From Minisyncoccota bacterium (GTDB taxonomy: Bacteria > Patescibacteriota > Minisyncoccia > Phycocordibacterales > Phycocordibacteraceae), in NCBI GenBank assembly GCA_036405415.1, contig DASWXP010000002.1, positions 340,803 to 404,802 of the forward strand: a DNA stretch of 64,000 bases, in the 5' to 3' direction. This document shows positions 17,230-29,615 of this stretch, piece by piece; position 1 is the first letter of the stretch; each line of letters starts with the position of its first letter. The notes beneath the pieces are model-generated. The model did no database searches and was not told the origin of the DNA. It worked only from the letters and a program-made list of their open reading frames with translations. The translations under genes and the position numbers were made by a program.

Positions 17230-18663
17230 TTATAGCGTCTCTCCGGTCACATCGGCGCCGATTCTAAACAGTACGTCGTCCGCGCCAAGAGGCGCAGTGA
17301 AATGGATGCCGGTCGGAAGCGAGACATCGTCACGCGTTACGTCTCCCATAGGCACCGAGAGCGCAGGCATTCCGGTGAGGTCCGCGGTAACCGTGAACAC
17401 GTCCTCAAGGTACATCGAAACCGGGTCGCTCTTCTCCCCGAACCGGAACGCAGGAGACGGCGTCGTCGGGAACGCGATCACGTCGCACGACTTAAACGCT
17501 TCCTGGTACTCGGCACGCAGCATGTCGCGCGTGCGCTCGGCCTTGCGGTAGTACGCATCGATGTACCCTGAAGAGAGCACGAACGTGCCGAGAAGTATGC
17601 GGCGCACCGTCTCCCTGCCAAACCCCGCAGTCTTGGACTTAACATAATCCTCAAGCAGCGTATCGCCGCGCTCGGCGAGCCCGTAGCGGATGCCGTCGAA
17701 GCGCGCGAGGTTCGCAGACGCTTCCGCCGGCATGACCACGTAGTACGCAGGGAGCGCGTACCCGCTCGTCGGGAGCGATACCTCGACGAGCGTGTGACCC
17801 TTTGCCTTGAGCGCTTCCAGGGTGTTCCTGAAATTTGCAGCCACGTCCTCGTCCAAGCCTTCGCGAAGCAGATGCTCCGGCACGCCGATGCGGAGCGTCT
17901 TGCTCTCGGTTGGCGCAGGATAGGTATCTACCCCTATCGTGGTTGCGTCATTCGCGTCCTTGCAGCGCATCGCATCGAACAGAACCTTCGCATCCGCGAC
18001 CGTCTTTGCGATAGGACCTGCCTGGTCAAGCGAGCTCCCAAGCGCGATGAGACCGAAGCGCGAGATCGCGCCATAGGTAGGCTTGAGCCCTACGAGCCCG
18101 GTGTGTGCCGCCGGCTGGCGGATGGAGCCGCCGGTATCGGTGCCGAGTCCTCCGAGCGCCATATCAGCGCGCACGGCTGACGCGGAGCCGCCGGAAGAGC
18201 CGCCTGCGGTACGTGCCGTGTCGATAGGATTGCGCGCAACGCCATAGGCCGAGTTCTCGGTCGAGGAACCCATCGCGAACTCATCCATATTGGTGCGTCC
18301 TATGAAGAGCGCGCCTGCCTCCTTGAGCTTCTTCGTGATGGTCGCGTCGTACACGGCGCGATGATTCTCAAGCATCCGCGAAGCCGCGCTTGCGATCTTC
18401 CCTTCGATGAGAATGTTGTCCTTCATCGCAAGCGGTATGCCGCAGAGCAGCGGCGCATCGTCTCCCTTCTCGTCGATGCGCTTCTGTGCGGCAGCGATCG
18501 CATCCTCATCGGCTTCGAAGAGCTCGAGATACGCGTTCAGTTCAGGATTCTTCTCCTTCGCTCTAACAGCGCACGCGTCCCAGAGCTCGCGTACGGAAAA
18601 TTTCTTGGCGCGGAGCCCCTTCGCCGCTTCGGTTATGGAAAGCTCGTTCAAGGACTTAGTCAT
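17230..18663 (-). CDS. gatA: Asp/Glu-tRNA amidotransferase subunit A
   Basis: KDNI, TNMDEFAMGSSTENS, GGSSGGS and DTGGSIRQPA motifs. Confidence 0.97.
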   Translation of the reverse strand: MTKSLNELSITEAAKGLRAKKFSVRELWDACAVRAKEKNPELNAYLELFEADEDAIAAAQKRIDEKGDDAPLLCGIPLAMKDNILIEGKIASAASRMLENHRAVYDATITKKLKEAGALFIGRTNMDEFAMGSSTENSAYGVARNPIDTARTAGGSSGGSASAVRADMALGGLGTDTGGSIRQPAAHTGLVGLKPTYGAISRFGLIALGSSLDQAGPIAKTVADAKVLFDAMRCKDANDATTIGVDTYPAPTESKTLRIGVPEHLLREGLDEDVAANFRNTLEALKAKGHTLVEVSLPTSGYALPAYYVVMPAEASANLARFDGIRYGLAERGDTLLEDYVKSKTAGFGRETVRRILLGTFVLSSGYIDAYYRKAERTRDMLRAEYQEAFKSCDVIAFPTTPSPAFRFGEKSDPVSMYLEDVFTVTADLTGMPALSVPMGDVTRDDVSLPTGIHFTAPLGADDVLFRIGADVTGETL

Positions 18664-18952
18664 GGCTGATGATCTGCTTCACCTTGAGCGAATCGCCTTC
18701 GCGCTCGGGGAACTGCGCGGCTATCGCGTCGGTCCAGGTACCGGGCGCGCTCGGGTTCTCATCTTTGCGAAGCACGTTACGGACCGGCGAGAGGTTCCTG
18801 CCGGTCTCTGGCAAATCGAGTTCCTCGAGCTTCCCTACGTATTCGAGGATGCTGTCAAACTCGGCCGCGAAGCGTGGAAGGTCCGTTTCCGGAACCTCCA
18901 CGCGAGCGAGCGCTGCCAGGCGCTTCACGTCTTCTGCGGATGCCTTGCTCAT
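18656..18952 (-). CDS. gatC: Asp/Glu-tRNA amidotransferase subunit C
   Basis: VKRLAALARV...NVLRKDE; lies upstream of gatA. Confidence 0.93.
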   Translation of the reverse strand: MSKASAEDVKRLAALARVEVPETDLPRFAAEFDSILEYVGKLEELDLPETGRNLSPVRNVLRKDENPSAPGTWTDAIAAQFPEREGDSLKVKQIISHD

Positions 18953-18968
18953 ATATAGGATAGGTATA

Positions 18969-21008
<2,040 letters not shown>

Positions 21009-21019
21009 CTACCCGGGCG

Positions 21020-21487
21020 CTAGTAGAAGACCTTGAGACCGCGCTCGATGCGGCGCGGATCGGTCGCGGTACAGGTGTTGTAGCCTGTAGCGTAGATGCA
21101 GCTTGTCGCGGATCCTGAGCTGCAGGAAGCGCCGGTGGTCTTGTAGACCGTGACCGACGCGGTCACCCCGTCTACGCACGGAGTCGCGAACGTCGAGGTC
21201 CTGGTCCCGCCGCTCACGCTTGAGGAGACGGAGATACTCGAGCCGGCGCACTGGATAGTGCCGATCGGTGCAGCGTATGCGAACGCATTCTCCTTCTGGT
21301 CCCAGTAGAGAGCGCACTCGATGGCAGAGTCCGCGGCATAGAACGCGTACTGCGACTGGCGCGCGGTCGAGGAGAGCACGATCTGCTTGTATGAGATATC
21401 GAGGAGCGCGAGCCCCACGGAAAGGAGGACCGAGGTCAGGATGACCGCGATGAGGAGCGTGAACCCGCGAGAAGGATGCGTCATCAT
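21020..21487 (-). CDS. Minor pilin, PilX-like
   Basis: RG|FTLLIAV, lacking Glu5; AFYAADSAIECALY. Confidence 0.8.
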   Translation of the reverse strand: MMTHPSRGFTLLIAVILTSVLLSVGLALLDISYKQIVLSSTARQSQYAFYAADSAIECALYWDQKENAFAYAAPIGTIQCAGSSISVSSSVSGGTRTSTFATPCVDGVTASVTVYKTTGASCSSGSATSCIYATGYNTCTATDPRRIERGLKVFY

Positions 21488-22026
21488 AGCCAGTTATGGA
21501 GACGGTCAGTCAAAGTTACCGTCTGCGTCTGCCCGAGCACGCTCCAGCTGACCGTCACAGTCACCACCATCTCGGTCGTACTGCCGGGGACCGCAGTGAG
21601 ACGGACCCTGCGCGTAAACTTCGTCGCAGACCCGCTCCCCTGCTGGTTATAGAGCCCTGCGGAACTGAGATAGAGCGGCGTGATCGTCCGCGAGATCGTG
21701 TTCTGCGTCGGGTCCACGACACAGTCGGCAGTGATGCAGTTCGCATATGAGGAGGTCCCTCCCTGAGTACCGTCGAATCCTGAAAGCCAGCTGCGACTGC
21801 CGGGAGATATGAGGTTTGTTATGTAGTTGCCGTCACGAACGGCGCGCACGTATTCGATCCCTTCTTGCGCGAGAGACGACGCGATAAGGACGTCTCGTGC
21901 AACCCTGGAGGCGTTCAGCGCCTGCTGTACTGCATACAACGGACCGATGATCGCAACCGCGATGATCGTGATCGCGACCAACGTCTCGACAAGAGTGAAT
22001 CCGCGCTGCTCCATTGTCTGCATCAT
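21484..22026 (-). CDS. Minor pilin, PilV-like
   Basis: RG|FTLVETLVAI; LAQEGIEYVRAVRD. Confidence 0.85.
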   Translation of the reverse strand: MMQTMEQRGFTLVETLVAITIIAVAIIGPLYAVQQALNASRVARDVLIASSLAQEGIEYVRAVRDGNYITNLISPGSRSWLSGFDGTQGGTSSYANCITADCVVDPTQNTISRTITPLYLSSAGLYNQQGSGSATKFTRRVRLTAVPGSTTEMVVTVTVSWSVLGQTQTVTLTDRLHNWL

Positions 22027-22607
22027 ATCTCGATAAGCCGCTGCGTCGCTGCGGTCTGAATAGAGAAGCTCGTGCTCTCGCCTGAATCGGTCACCATCGT
22101 GCCCGAGACCACGAAGATGACTTGCGGCTGCAGATATGCATCCGCTCCTGAAGTCCCTACGCCGCGCACGTAGAAGCGCAGCGCATTCACGGTGATGCGC
22201 GGGTCCGTAAGGGATACGGCGGTCGCATCAGTACAGATGCTTCCGGTGCACTGCCCTATGCTGCCATCGCTCTTCAAGCGATAGGTCACGAGATACTGCG
22301 TTCCGCCTCCGCTCCGGCAATCCTGTCCCTCGAGACAGAACGAGATGCTCGTGCCGCCGCCGGAGCAGTTCGGCGAGGAAGTATTCCCGTTGCACGCATA
22401 TTCGCTGCCCGTACGCATCGAGCGCGCCATGCTTTCGGTCGCGAACGAGAGTGTTGCTGCGAGCTGATTGTTCGCGCGCGCCTGACGGTCGAGGCTTATG
22501 AGCGTCAGATACGCTCCGGTAACCACCAGCATCACGACGCTGAAGATCCCGAGCGACACGATGAGCTCGAGAAGCGAGTAGCCGCGCTGAGGTGTGTGGT
22601 TCGTCAT
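22023..22607 (-). CDS. Minor pilin, PilW-like
   Basis: RG|YSLLELIVSL prepilin motif. Confidence 0.82.
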   Translation of the reverse strand: MTNHTPQRGYSLLELIVSLGIFSVVMLVVTGAYLTLISLDRQARANNQLAATLSFATESMARSMRTGSEYACNGNTSSPNCSGGGTSISFCLEGQDCRSGGGTQYLVTYRLKSDGSIGQCTGSICTDATAVSLTDPRITVNALRFYVRGVGTSGADAYLQPQVIFVVSGTMVTDSGESTSFSIQTAATQRLIEI

Positions 22608-23326
22608 GGGCATCCTTCGTCTCCCTTCTGCGCGACCGATACGTGTCCCACCTTCGTCACGAGCACGCAGCGCTCCCCCACTCCGTCAGGAGATACCACG
22701 CGTATCGTCGCGTCCGTGAGCGCAACGCGCGAGGAAAGTGAAGGCGGCACCGCGCTTGAGGTGATGCCCGTGATGACGGACTGGGTGTTCGGGCGCATGT
22801 ACAGGATATCGAGCGCCAGGATGCCCGAGTCACTGCATACCTGCTGCCCGTTGCTTGCCCGGGTGCCGCAGAAGCTCTTGATGCGGAACCCGTTATTGAG
22901 CGAGTAGCTCCGGACCGTTTCGGTCGCCGTATCCTGGATGCAGTTGCCGGGCTTCGATTCGGGGTTAGCGCTTCCGAGGTTTGGGTGCCCTGGACACACG
23001 GTAGGATTGCTCACGTCGCCCGGACGCACCGGATCCACATCAGCGAACAGCGTATACGCGTTCGGCGAGCCTGCGGAGAAGTGCACGCCGTATCCGGCGT
23101 TCGTGGTGCTGCCTGAGCGCCTGCTCGAGATGCCGTAGGACTGCGCTTCGCGTATGGAAAACGCGATGGTGTAGGAGATGTCCGTAAGTACGAGCGAGCG
23201 GTTGAACGAGCTCTGACCGAGAAGCGCGATGGTCGTGATGATCACGATGATCGCGAGCACTACGACCATCTCCACGAGCGTGAAGCCTCGCGACGTTATC
23301 AAAGCGGAAGAAGGAGCGGATTCCAT
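22604..23326 (-). CDS. Minor pilin, FimT/GspH-like
   Basis: RG|FTLVEMVVVL; IREAQSYG. Confidence 0.82.
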   Translation of the reverse strand: MESAPSSALITSRGFTLVEMVVVLAIIVIITTIALLGQSSFNRSLVLTDISYTIAFSIREAQSYGISSRRSGSTTNAGYGVHFSAGSPNAYTLFADVDPVRPGDVSNPTVCPGHPNLGSANPESKPGNCIQDTATETVRSYSLNNGFRIKSFCGTRASNGQQVCSDSGILALDILYMRPNTQSVITGITSSAVPPSLSSRVALTDATIRVVSPDGVGERCVLVTKVGHVSVAQKGDEGCP

Positions 23327-24057
23327 TGGGTGAAGTACGCGAGCAGGAAGCCTGCGGCGAGGAACGGTACGAACGGGACCTCAATACCCATTCTATGGCC
23401 TTTAGGGCGGCCTACCAATATCGCTATGCCCACGATAGCGCCAATCCAGAACGAGAACAGAAGCCCGGGAAGCGCGAGATATGGCCCAACGAGGAGCGCG
23501 AGCGAGAGCGCTACGGGAGTATCGCCGAGACCCATGGCCCTTCCCCGTGAGAGAGCATAGAAGAGAAAGAAGAAGAGACCGACGAACCCGGCAACCGAAA
23601 GCGCAAGACCGAACTCAGGAACCGCGCGCGCTGAGAGCCAGGCGAACCCGAGCGATAGGAACATGAGGAGCGTGGACGCCGCAACCGGGACCACGGTATG
23701 CCGGAGGTCGTAGAGGACGATGAACGCAAGCGCGAGCATCGCGAGCAAGAACGCTGGCAGCGGAACCCCAAAGCCGAGCTTCAGGTATGCGAGCGCGAAC
23801 ACGAGACCGAGCAGGAGCTCGCTCGCAACATACGTCCCCGGAAGTCGTGCGCCGCAGCATCGCGCCCTGCCCAGGGTCGTAACGTAGGAGAGCACGGGCA
23901 TCAGGTCCCGCCAGTCCAGAGGCTCGCTGCAAGAGTTACATCTCGAGCGGTCCCGGACCCAGGATTGCCCGGTGTGCACGCGCTCGGCGACCACTCCCAA
24001 GAAACTCGCGAGGACGCCTCCGAGAAGCGCGAACCCAATGACTCCGATGGAGAGCAT
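23299..24057 (-). CDS. pilD: Prepilin peptidase (A24)
   Basis: RSRCNSC, YDLRH, MGLGD and PFVPFL motifs. Confidence 0.92.
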   Translation of the reverse strand: MLSIGVIGFALLGGVLASFLGVVAERVHTGQSWVRDRSRCNSCSEPLDWRDLMPVLSYVTTLGRARCCGARLPGTYVASELLLGLVFALAYLKLGFGVPLPAFLLAMLALAFIVLYDLRHTVVPVAASTLLMFLSLGFAWLSARAVPEFGLALSVAGFVGLFFFLFYALSRGRAMGLGDTPVALSLALLVGPYLALPGLLFSFWIGAIVGIAILVGRPKGHRMGIEVPFVPFLAAGFLLAYFTQWNPLLLPL

Positions 24058-24059
24058 CT

Positions 24060-24533
24060 CTACGGGCACACGTAGATGGACGCGCCAAGTACGGCAGTCG
24101 CCTGCTCGGCGGTGCCGGTACTGTCTACGCAGAATCCTACGATCGATCCGCTTGCAGAAGCCTTGAGCGGCACCCACGCAGCCCAGGCGTTCGTGGAGTC
24201 ATGACACTGGCCGGTCTGCCAGGTGGAAGCGGTGCCGTCCGCGTACGTGGTCGGCGAGCCGTCGTATGCGTTCTCTGCAGCGTTCACGCTGTCGCCGATG
24301 CGGTTCGCGCCCGTGGTCGCGCACACGCCTTCGTAGCTCCAGCCGTTGCCGTCATAAAAGAGCTCGGCCTCGGAACGTGCGTTGGCAAGGTTCGACTTGA
24401 TGGATGAGTCTGCACCGCGGTTACGCGCGGTGTTAAGGGACGCGAGCACCACAGACGAGAGGATGCCGATGATCGCGATCACCACGAGAAGCTCGATGAG
24501 GGTGAAGCCTCGTGCAACGGGATTGTTTTTCAT
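24060..24533 (-). CDS. Type IV pilin (copy 2)
   Basis: RG|FTLIELLVVIAIIGILSSVVLASLNTAR; C-terminal FCVDSTG...CP. Confidence 0.92.
   Translation of the reverse strand: MKNNPVARGFTLIELLVVIAIIGILSSVVLASLNTARNRGADSSIKSNLANARSEAELFYDGNGWSYEGVCATTGANRIGDSVNAAENAYDGSPTTYADGTASTWQTGQCHDSTNAWAAWVPLKASASGSIVGFCVDSTGTAEQATAVLGASIYVCP
24409..24506. repeat. 98-bp exact repeat, copy 1 (pilin N-terminal region)
   Basis: Identical to 24957-25054 by direct comparison. Confidence 0.9.
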
Positions 24534-24586
24534 ACCTTCACTATACACGCTTCCCTGCAACGAACGTGGGATTCTGTGTATTAAAC

Positions 24587-24613
24587 GCAAAAGCGCCCAA
24601 AGGGCGCTTTTGC
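24587..24613 (-). terminator. Terminator between the two pilin genes
   Basis: GCAAAAGCGCCC-AAA-GGGCGCTTTTGC. Confidence 0.75.
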
Positions 24614-24631
24614 TATCCGAAAGATTCGGGA

Positions 24632-25090
24632 TTACGGGCAAGCGCCGTCCGTAAGGGTCGGAGCCGAGCTCGTGGTGCTTGCGTAGCCAGAGGAGTCAAC
24701 GCAGTAGTACTGCGAGGTGCTGCTCTTCATCTGTGCAGAAGCTGCCCAGAGAGTGTTGCTTGCGTAACACTGCACTGCGCCAGAGCCTGCCGAGGTTGCT
24801 GCAGCGATGTTATCGCCGATGACGTTGGTGCCGGAAGCTGCACAAACGCCTGCATTCGCAGTCACGGTGCCGCTTGATGCGTACGCGTTGCTGTTTCCGT
24901 CGTAGTAGAGCTCAGCCTCTGCGCGAGCGTTGGCGAGGTTCGACTTGATGGCAGCATCTGCACCGCGGTTACGCGCGGTGTTAAGGGACGCGAGCACCAC
25001 AGACGAGAGGATGCCGATGATCGCGATCACCACGAGAAGCTCGATGAGGGTGAAACCGCGGTCGGCCTTTGAGTGTCCGAGAAGGGTCAT
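24632..25090 (-). CDS. Type IV pilin (copy 1, probable major pilin)
   Basis: RG|FTLIELLVVIAIIGIL; has its own leader and terminator. Confidence 0.92.
   Translation of the reverse strand: MTLLGHSKADRGFTLIELLVVIAIIGILSSVVLASLNTARNRGADAAIKSNLANARAEAELYYDGNSNAYASSGTVTANAGVCAASGTNVIGDNIAAATSAGSGAVQCYASNTLWAASAQMKSSTSQYYCVDSSGYASTTSSAPTLTDGACP
24957..25054. repeat. 98-bp exact repeat, copy 2
   Basis: Identical to 24409-24506. Confidence 0.9.
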
Positions 25091-25192
25091 AGTATCAATT
25101 AGGGCGTAATTACTGGGCAGAATGCTAAATATCCGCTTGCTGCTAATTGTACGGCACTGCGGTTACGCGAGGCCCTGCCGTGGGGATAACCC

Positions 25193-26401
25193 TTAGGAAA
25201 TCGAGCCTGCGAGGTTGTAGATCGGAATGAGCACCGAGGCGAGCAAGGTTCCCACGCCGAGGCCGAGGAGCACGATCATCATCGGCTCGATGAGGTCGAC
25301 GAGCGTATCGACCGCGGTCGTCACCTCGCGCTGGTAGAACTTCGCGAGCGTCTGGAGGATATTTCCGAGCTCGCCTGTCTCCTCACCCACGCGCACCATG
25401 GCGGTCATGATGCCCGGGATCTCCGCATGCTGTGCGAGCGCGTCGGAAATGGACGCGCCGCCCTTCACCGCCTCCCCGACGTCCTTGAGTATGTTCTCGT
25501 AGGTGTTACTTCCCACCACCGACGCGGTGATCTCAACCGCCTCGACGACCGGAACGCCGGACACGAGCATCGTCGCGAAGTTGTCCGCAATGCGCGAGAG
25601 GTAGAGCTTCTGATAGAGATCGCCCACGTACGGAACCTGGAGCTTCACCTGGTCGAAGAACAGCTTGCCGGAAGGGGTCTGGAGCGAGCGGTATGCGAAG
25701 AATATACCCACGCCGATCGCGATCAGGATGAAGAATCCGAAGTTCACGAGGAAGTCGGAGATTGCGATGACGATAGCCGTATAGATCGGAATCTCCTGGC
25801 CGGAATCCTTGAGTATCGAGGAGATGCGCGGGATCACGAGCGTGAGCATGAGCGCCATCACGAGCACGAAGACGCCGATGACGAACGCCGGGTAGATAAG
25901 CGCGTTCTGCGCCTTGCTCATGACCTCGTATGTGCGATCGAGGTAGTCCGCGAGGTAGCCGAACGTCTCTGAGAGCTTTCCTGACTCCTCGCCCGAACGG
26001 ACCATGTTCACGTAGAACCCGGAGAACACCTTCGGATGGCGCGCAAGCGCCTTGGAGATCGGGCTTCCCCCCTGAAGGTCGTCCGCGATCTGCGTCATGA
26101 TGTCGGAGAGGTACTTATTCTCCACTTCTGCCGCGAGCAAACGGAAGATGCGGAGCGCCGAGACCTGCGCCTCGAACAGGGTCGCGATCTGGCGCGAGAG
26201 GATCACTACCTCCTTATTCGATACCTTCTTGAAGAAGCCGAACTCGATAGCGAGCGGCGACTTCTTCTCGATCGGCTCGATCGACGAGACGATAAGGCCG
26301 CGTCGCTGCAGCGTCGTGACCGCAACATCGACCGAGAGCGCCTCTACGGTTCCTGCGCGCTCATGGCCGTCCTTATCGAGTGCGTGATACGAGAAAAGCA
26401 T
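25193..26401 (-). CDS. pilC: Type IV pilus platform protein PilC/GspF
   Basis: Two T2SSF repeats; GEESGKL and GEETGELG motifs. Confidence 0.95.
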   Translation of the reverse strand: MLFSYHALDKDGHERAGTVEALSVDVAVTTLQRRGLIVSSIEPIEKKSPLAIEFGFFKKVSNKEVVILSRQIATLFEAQVSALRIFRLLAAEVENKYLSDIMTQIADDLQGGSPISKALARHPKVFSGFYVNMVRSGEESGKLSETFGYLADYLDRTYEVMSKAQNALIYPAFVIGVFVLVMALMLTLVIPRISSILKDSGQEIPIYTAIVIAISDFLVNFGFFILIAIGVGIFFAYRSLQTPSGKLFFDQVKLQVPYVGDLYQKLYLSRIADNFATMLVSGVPVVEAVEITASVVGSNTYENILKDVGEAVKGGASISDALAQHAEIPGIMTAMVRVGEETGELGNILQTLAKFYQREVTTAVDTLVDLIEPMMIVLLGLGVGTLLASVLIPIYNLAGSIS

Positions 26402-26404
26402 AGA

Positions 26405-27472
26405 CTATAGGTAGCGTTCGAACGTCTTCGGATCGTTCGCGCGCTCGTACGCGTGCTCGATTGTCACTTCGCCGCGTCGCACGAGCTCAGCCAAAGAACG
26501 GTCCATGTCGATCATGCCCTCCTGGCTCGAGGTCTGGATCACGGTGGTGATCTCATGCGTGCGGCCCTCGCGGATAAGGTTCGCGATAGCGCTGTTATTT
26601 ATGAGAAGCTCGTACGCCGGAAGCTGCCCGCCCGAGATGCGCGGAATGAGGCGCTGCGAGAAGATGCCCGCGAGCGAGCCTGCGAGCTGCACGCGGACCT
26701 GGTCCTGCTGGTTCGGCGGGAACATGTCGATGATGCGGTCGATGGTCTGCGCCGCATTATTAGTGTGAAGCGTCGAGAGGACGAGGTGTCCGGTCTCAGC
26801 CGCGGTAACCGCCGAAGAGATGGTCTCCTGATCGCGCATCTCGCCCACCATGATCACGTTCACGTCCTCGCGGAACGCGGACTTGAGCGCTGCCGCGAAG
26901 TTCGGCGTATCGATGTGCACCTCGCGCTGGTGGATGAGCGACTTCTTCTGATCAAAGATGTACTCGATCGGATCCTCGATCGTAACGATATGCTCCGCGC
27001 GCGTCTCGTTGATTCGGTCGAGGATCGTCGCGAGCGTCGTCGACTTGCCCTGCCCCACCGGACCCACCACGAGGAAGAATCCCTGCGAGCGCTGGCTGAA
27101 GACTTCGAGGATCGGCGGGAGATTCAGGTTCTCGAACGAGCGGATCTCGTGCGGGATGAGGCGCATCGCGATCGCCACGTTCCCCTGCACGGTGTAGCCG
27201 TTCACGCGAAAGCGCGCTTTCTCGGTGTGCGCGTACGAAAAGTCTATGGCCTGCTCGCTCGAGAAAGCTGCATAGCGGTTCTCCGGCGCGATCGCCTTGA
27301 GGATGGTGGCGGTATCAGCGGGCGTAAGGACTGGGTGCTGCAGAAGCGGCACCAGGGAGCCTGAGATGCGGAGGATCGGGTTGTTCCCTGGAGAAAGATG
27401 GATGTCCGACGCGCCTTCGGAGACGACGGTATCGAGGAGCGTCTTTACCTGTGCACCTGCATCGGCGCTCAT
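26405..27472 (-). CDS. pilT: Pilus retraction ATPase
   Basis: GPVGQGKSTT, TIEDPIE, AFRED, GEMRD, AAETGHLV, ANLIREG. Confidence 0.95.
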   Translation of the reverse strand: MSADAGAQVKTLLDTVVSEGASDIHLSPGNNPILRISGSLVPLLQHPVLTPADTATILKAIAPENRYAAFSSEQAIDFSYAHTEKARFRVNGYTVQGNVAIAMRLIPHEIRSFENLNLPPILEVFSQRSQGFFLVVGPVGQGKSTTLATILDRINETRAEHIVTIEDPIEYIFDQKKSLIHQREVHIDTPNFAAALKSAFREDVNVIMVGEMRDQETISSAVTAAETGHLVLSTLHTNNAAQTIDRIIDMFPPNQQDQVRVQLAGSLAGIFSQRLIPRISGGQLPAYELLINNSAIANLIREGRTHEITTVIQTSSQEGMIDMDRSLAELVRRGEVTIEHAYERANDPKTFERYL

Positions 27473-27855
27473 GCGGCCTCAATTATCTTGATAGTCTCTG
27501 CGAACACTTCAGACGGAATCGCGGAAGCCTTAATGATGTACCCGTCCGCGCCAAGCGCCTTCGCCTGCTCAATGTCTGATTCTTGTCCCTGGTTCGAGAG
27601 GATGATGACCTTCGTGCTGCGTTTGAGGTTCTCGCGCTTGATCACCTCGAGGATCTCAAGACCCGTCATGCCCGGCATCACGATATCAAGGAGAAGCGCG
27701 TCAGGACCTTCGCCTTCGCGCAGCACCTTGAGGAGCTCGTCGCCCCCTGAGAACGCGGTTACCGCATGCCCCGCCGCCTTGAACTTGACGGCATACATAT
27801 CAAGGAGGAATCGGTCGTCATCGACCAGGTAGAGCGTGTACGGGGCAGTAGGCAT
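27469..27855 (-). CDS. Single-domain response regulator in the pilus operon
   Basis: LVDDD, LLDIVMPGMTG and GADGYIIK motifs. Confidence 0.92.
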   Translation of the reverse strand: MPTAPYTLYLVDDDRFLLDMYAVKFKAAGHAVTAFSGGDELLKVLREGEGPDALLLDIVMPGMTGLEILEVIKRENLKRSTKVIILSNQGQESDIEQAKALGADGYIIKASAIPSEVFAETIKIIEAA

Positions 27856-27866
27856 GATTCTGGTTC

Positions 27867-29615
27867 TTAGGCAGGCGTCTCTTCAGCATCGATGAGCATC
27901 TGTCCGCCGAGGGCGTTCACTTCCTCGAACGGAATCTCTCCTGCTAACGCCTTAATGATAGCATCCTCGCGCATCGTCAACATGCCCTTGGCGCGGGCTG
28001 CCGCGTACACGCTTTCCTCGGTCGGCTTCGTAAGGACGACGTGCTCGAGGTCCGCATCCATGCGCAGGAACTCGAACACCGCGAGACGGCCGCGCGTGCC
28101 GTTCGGACAGTCCGCGGTAGGGCTCGCCCGGTAGAACTGCTTGAACTCCGGAAGGTTCTTATGGAATTCCTGCGGGAGGTCCGCGAACTCCTTATCAAGG
28201 AGCCCACGCATGCTCTCAGAAAGCGGGATCGGCTGCCCTGCCCCCGGGCAGAGCCTTCTCACGAGGCGCTGGCCGATGGCTGCGATCAAGGTCGGCGCGA
28301 TGAGATACGGATCCACGCCCATGTCCACCAGGCGCGGGATCACGCCCGCGGCGGTATTCGTGTGGATGGTCGAGAACACCAAGTGTCCGGTGAGGGCCGC
28401 CTGGATCGCGAGCTGCGCGGTCTCCTTATCGCGGATCTCTCCCACCATGATGATGTCCGGGTCCTGACGGAGTATGGAGCGCAGACCTGACGCGAAGGTG
28501 TAGCCGATCTCGGGCTTCACCTGCGACTGCGCGACGCCCGGGATCTCGTACTCGACCGGGTCCTCGATGGACACCACGTTCGCGGCTTCGCGATCGAGCT
28601 CTGAGAGCATCGAGAACAGGGTCGTCGACTTACCTGAACCGGTCGGTCCTGCGATAAGCACGATGCCGTACGGCTGGCGGATGATCTCGCGAACCTGTTC
28701 GAGGTCGCGCTTGGAAAGACCCACGGTCTCAAGTGTTGCGACCGAACGCGCGCTATCGAGGATACGCATCACCACCTTCTCTCCTCCCTGTGTCGGGAAG
28801 GTCGAAACGCGGAAGTCGATGCGGCGTCCTTCCACGGTAGCGGAAAAGCGGCCGTCCTGCGGCTTTCGCTTCTCGTCGAGGCGGATCTGCGAGAGGATCT
28901 TGATACGCGCCACCACGGCCGCATGCACCTTTGCCGGAAGCTCGAGCGAAGTGTGGAGCTCGCCGTCCATGCGGAATCGTACCCGCGTCTTCTCTGGCGT
29001 CGGCTCGATATGGATATCAGACGCACCGCCTTCAACCGCATAGCGGAGGATCGTGGCGACGATTTTCGTTACCGGCGCGTCCGCCTTGATGGTGGTCTCA
29101 ACCGCCTCGGGAGCCGCGCCCTTCTCCTCCCCGTCTGCGGGCGCAGCGGTCGTGCCTTCAAACTCCGAGAGCGCTTCGCCCACTTCCCCGGAAAGGTTCT
29201 CGTACTCTTTCAACACGCGATCGAAGTCCGCTTCCGAGATCAGGAAGAGCTTGTACGGCATACCCACGCGGCTCGAGATGAACTGAAGCGCATCCAAGGC
29301 TTCTATATTGTCCGGATCGACGATACCGACCGAGAGCGCGCCATCCGCTACCGAGAGCGGGACGAAGCGGTAGTGCCGCGCAGACTCTTCCGGGATATAG
29401 CCGAGCGTCTCCTTGGAAGCCGGTTCCTGCGGGAGCGCGAGGTACGGGATCGAATAGTGCTCGCTTGCGACCTGGTACGCCTTCTCGATAGAGATCCCGC
29501 GCTTGTCGAGCGCGGACGCAAGCGTGCTGCCGGGCGCGCGCGCCTCTTCAGCAACGCGTGCCGCGTCTTCCTTTGAGAGAAGCCCCTGTTCCGTAAGCAG
29601 CGAAAGAAGATTCAT
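27867..29615 (-). CDS. pilB: Pilus assembly ATPase PilB/GspE
   Basis: ASDIHIEP, PQDGR, GPTGSGKSTT and LRQDPDIIMVGEIRD motifs. Confidence 0.96.
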   Translation of the reverse strand: MNLLSLLTEQGLLSKEDAARVAEEARAPGSTLASALDKRGISIEKAYQVASEHYSIPYLALPQEPASKETLGYIPEESARHYRFVPLSVADGALSVGIVDPDNIEALDALQFISSRVGMPYKLFLISEADFDRVLKEYENLSGEVGEALSEFEGTTAAPADGEEKGAAPEAVETTIKADAPVTKIVATILRYAVEGGASDIHIEPTPEKTRVRFRMDGELHTSLELPAKVHAAVVARIKILSQIRLDEKRKPQDGRFSATVEGRRIDFRVSTFPTQGGEKVVMRILDSARSVATLETVGLSKRDLEQVREIIRQPYGIVLIAGPTGSGKSTTLFSMLSELDREAANVVSIEDPVEYEIPGVAQSQVKPEIGYTFASGLRSILRQDPDIIMVGEIRDKETAQLAIQAALTGHLVFSTIHTNTAAGVIPRLVDMGVDPYLIAPTLIAAIGQRLVRRLCPGAGQPIPLSESMRGLLDKEFADLPQEFHKNLPEFKQFYRASPTADCPNGTRGRLAVFEFLRMDADLEHVVLTKPTEESVYAAARAKGMLTMREDAIIKALAGEIPFEEVNALGGQMLIDAEETPA

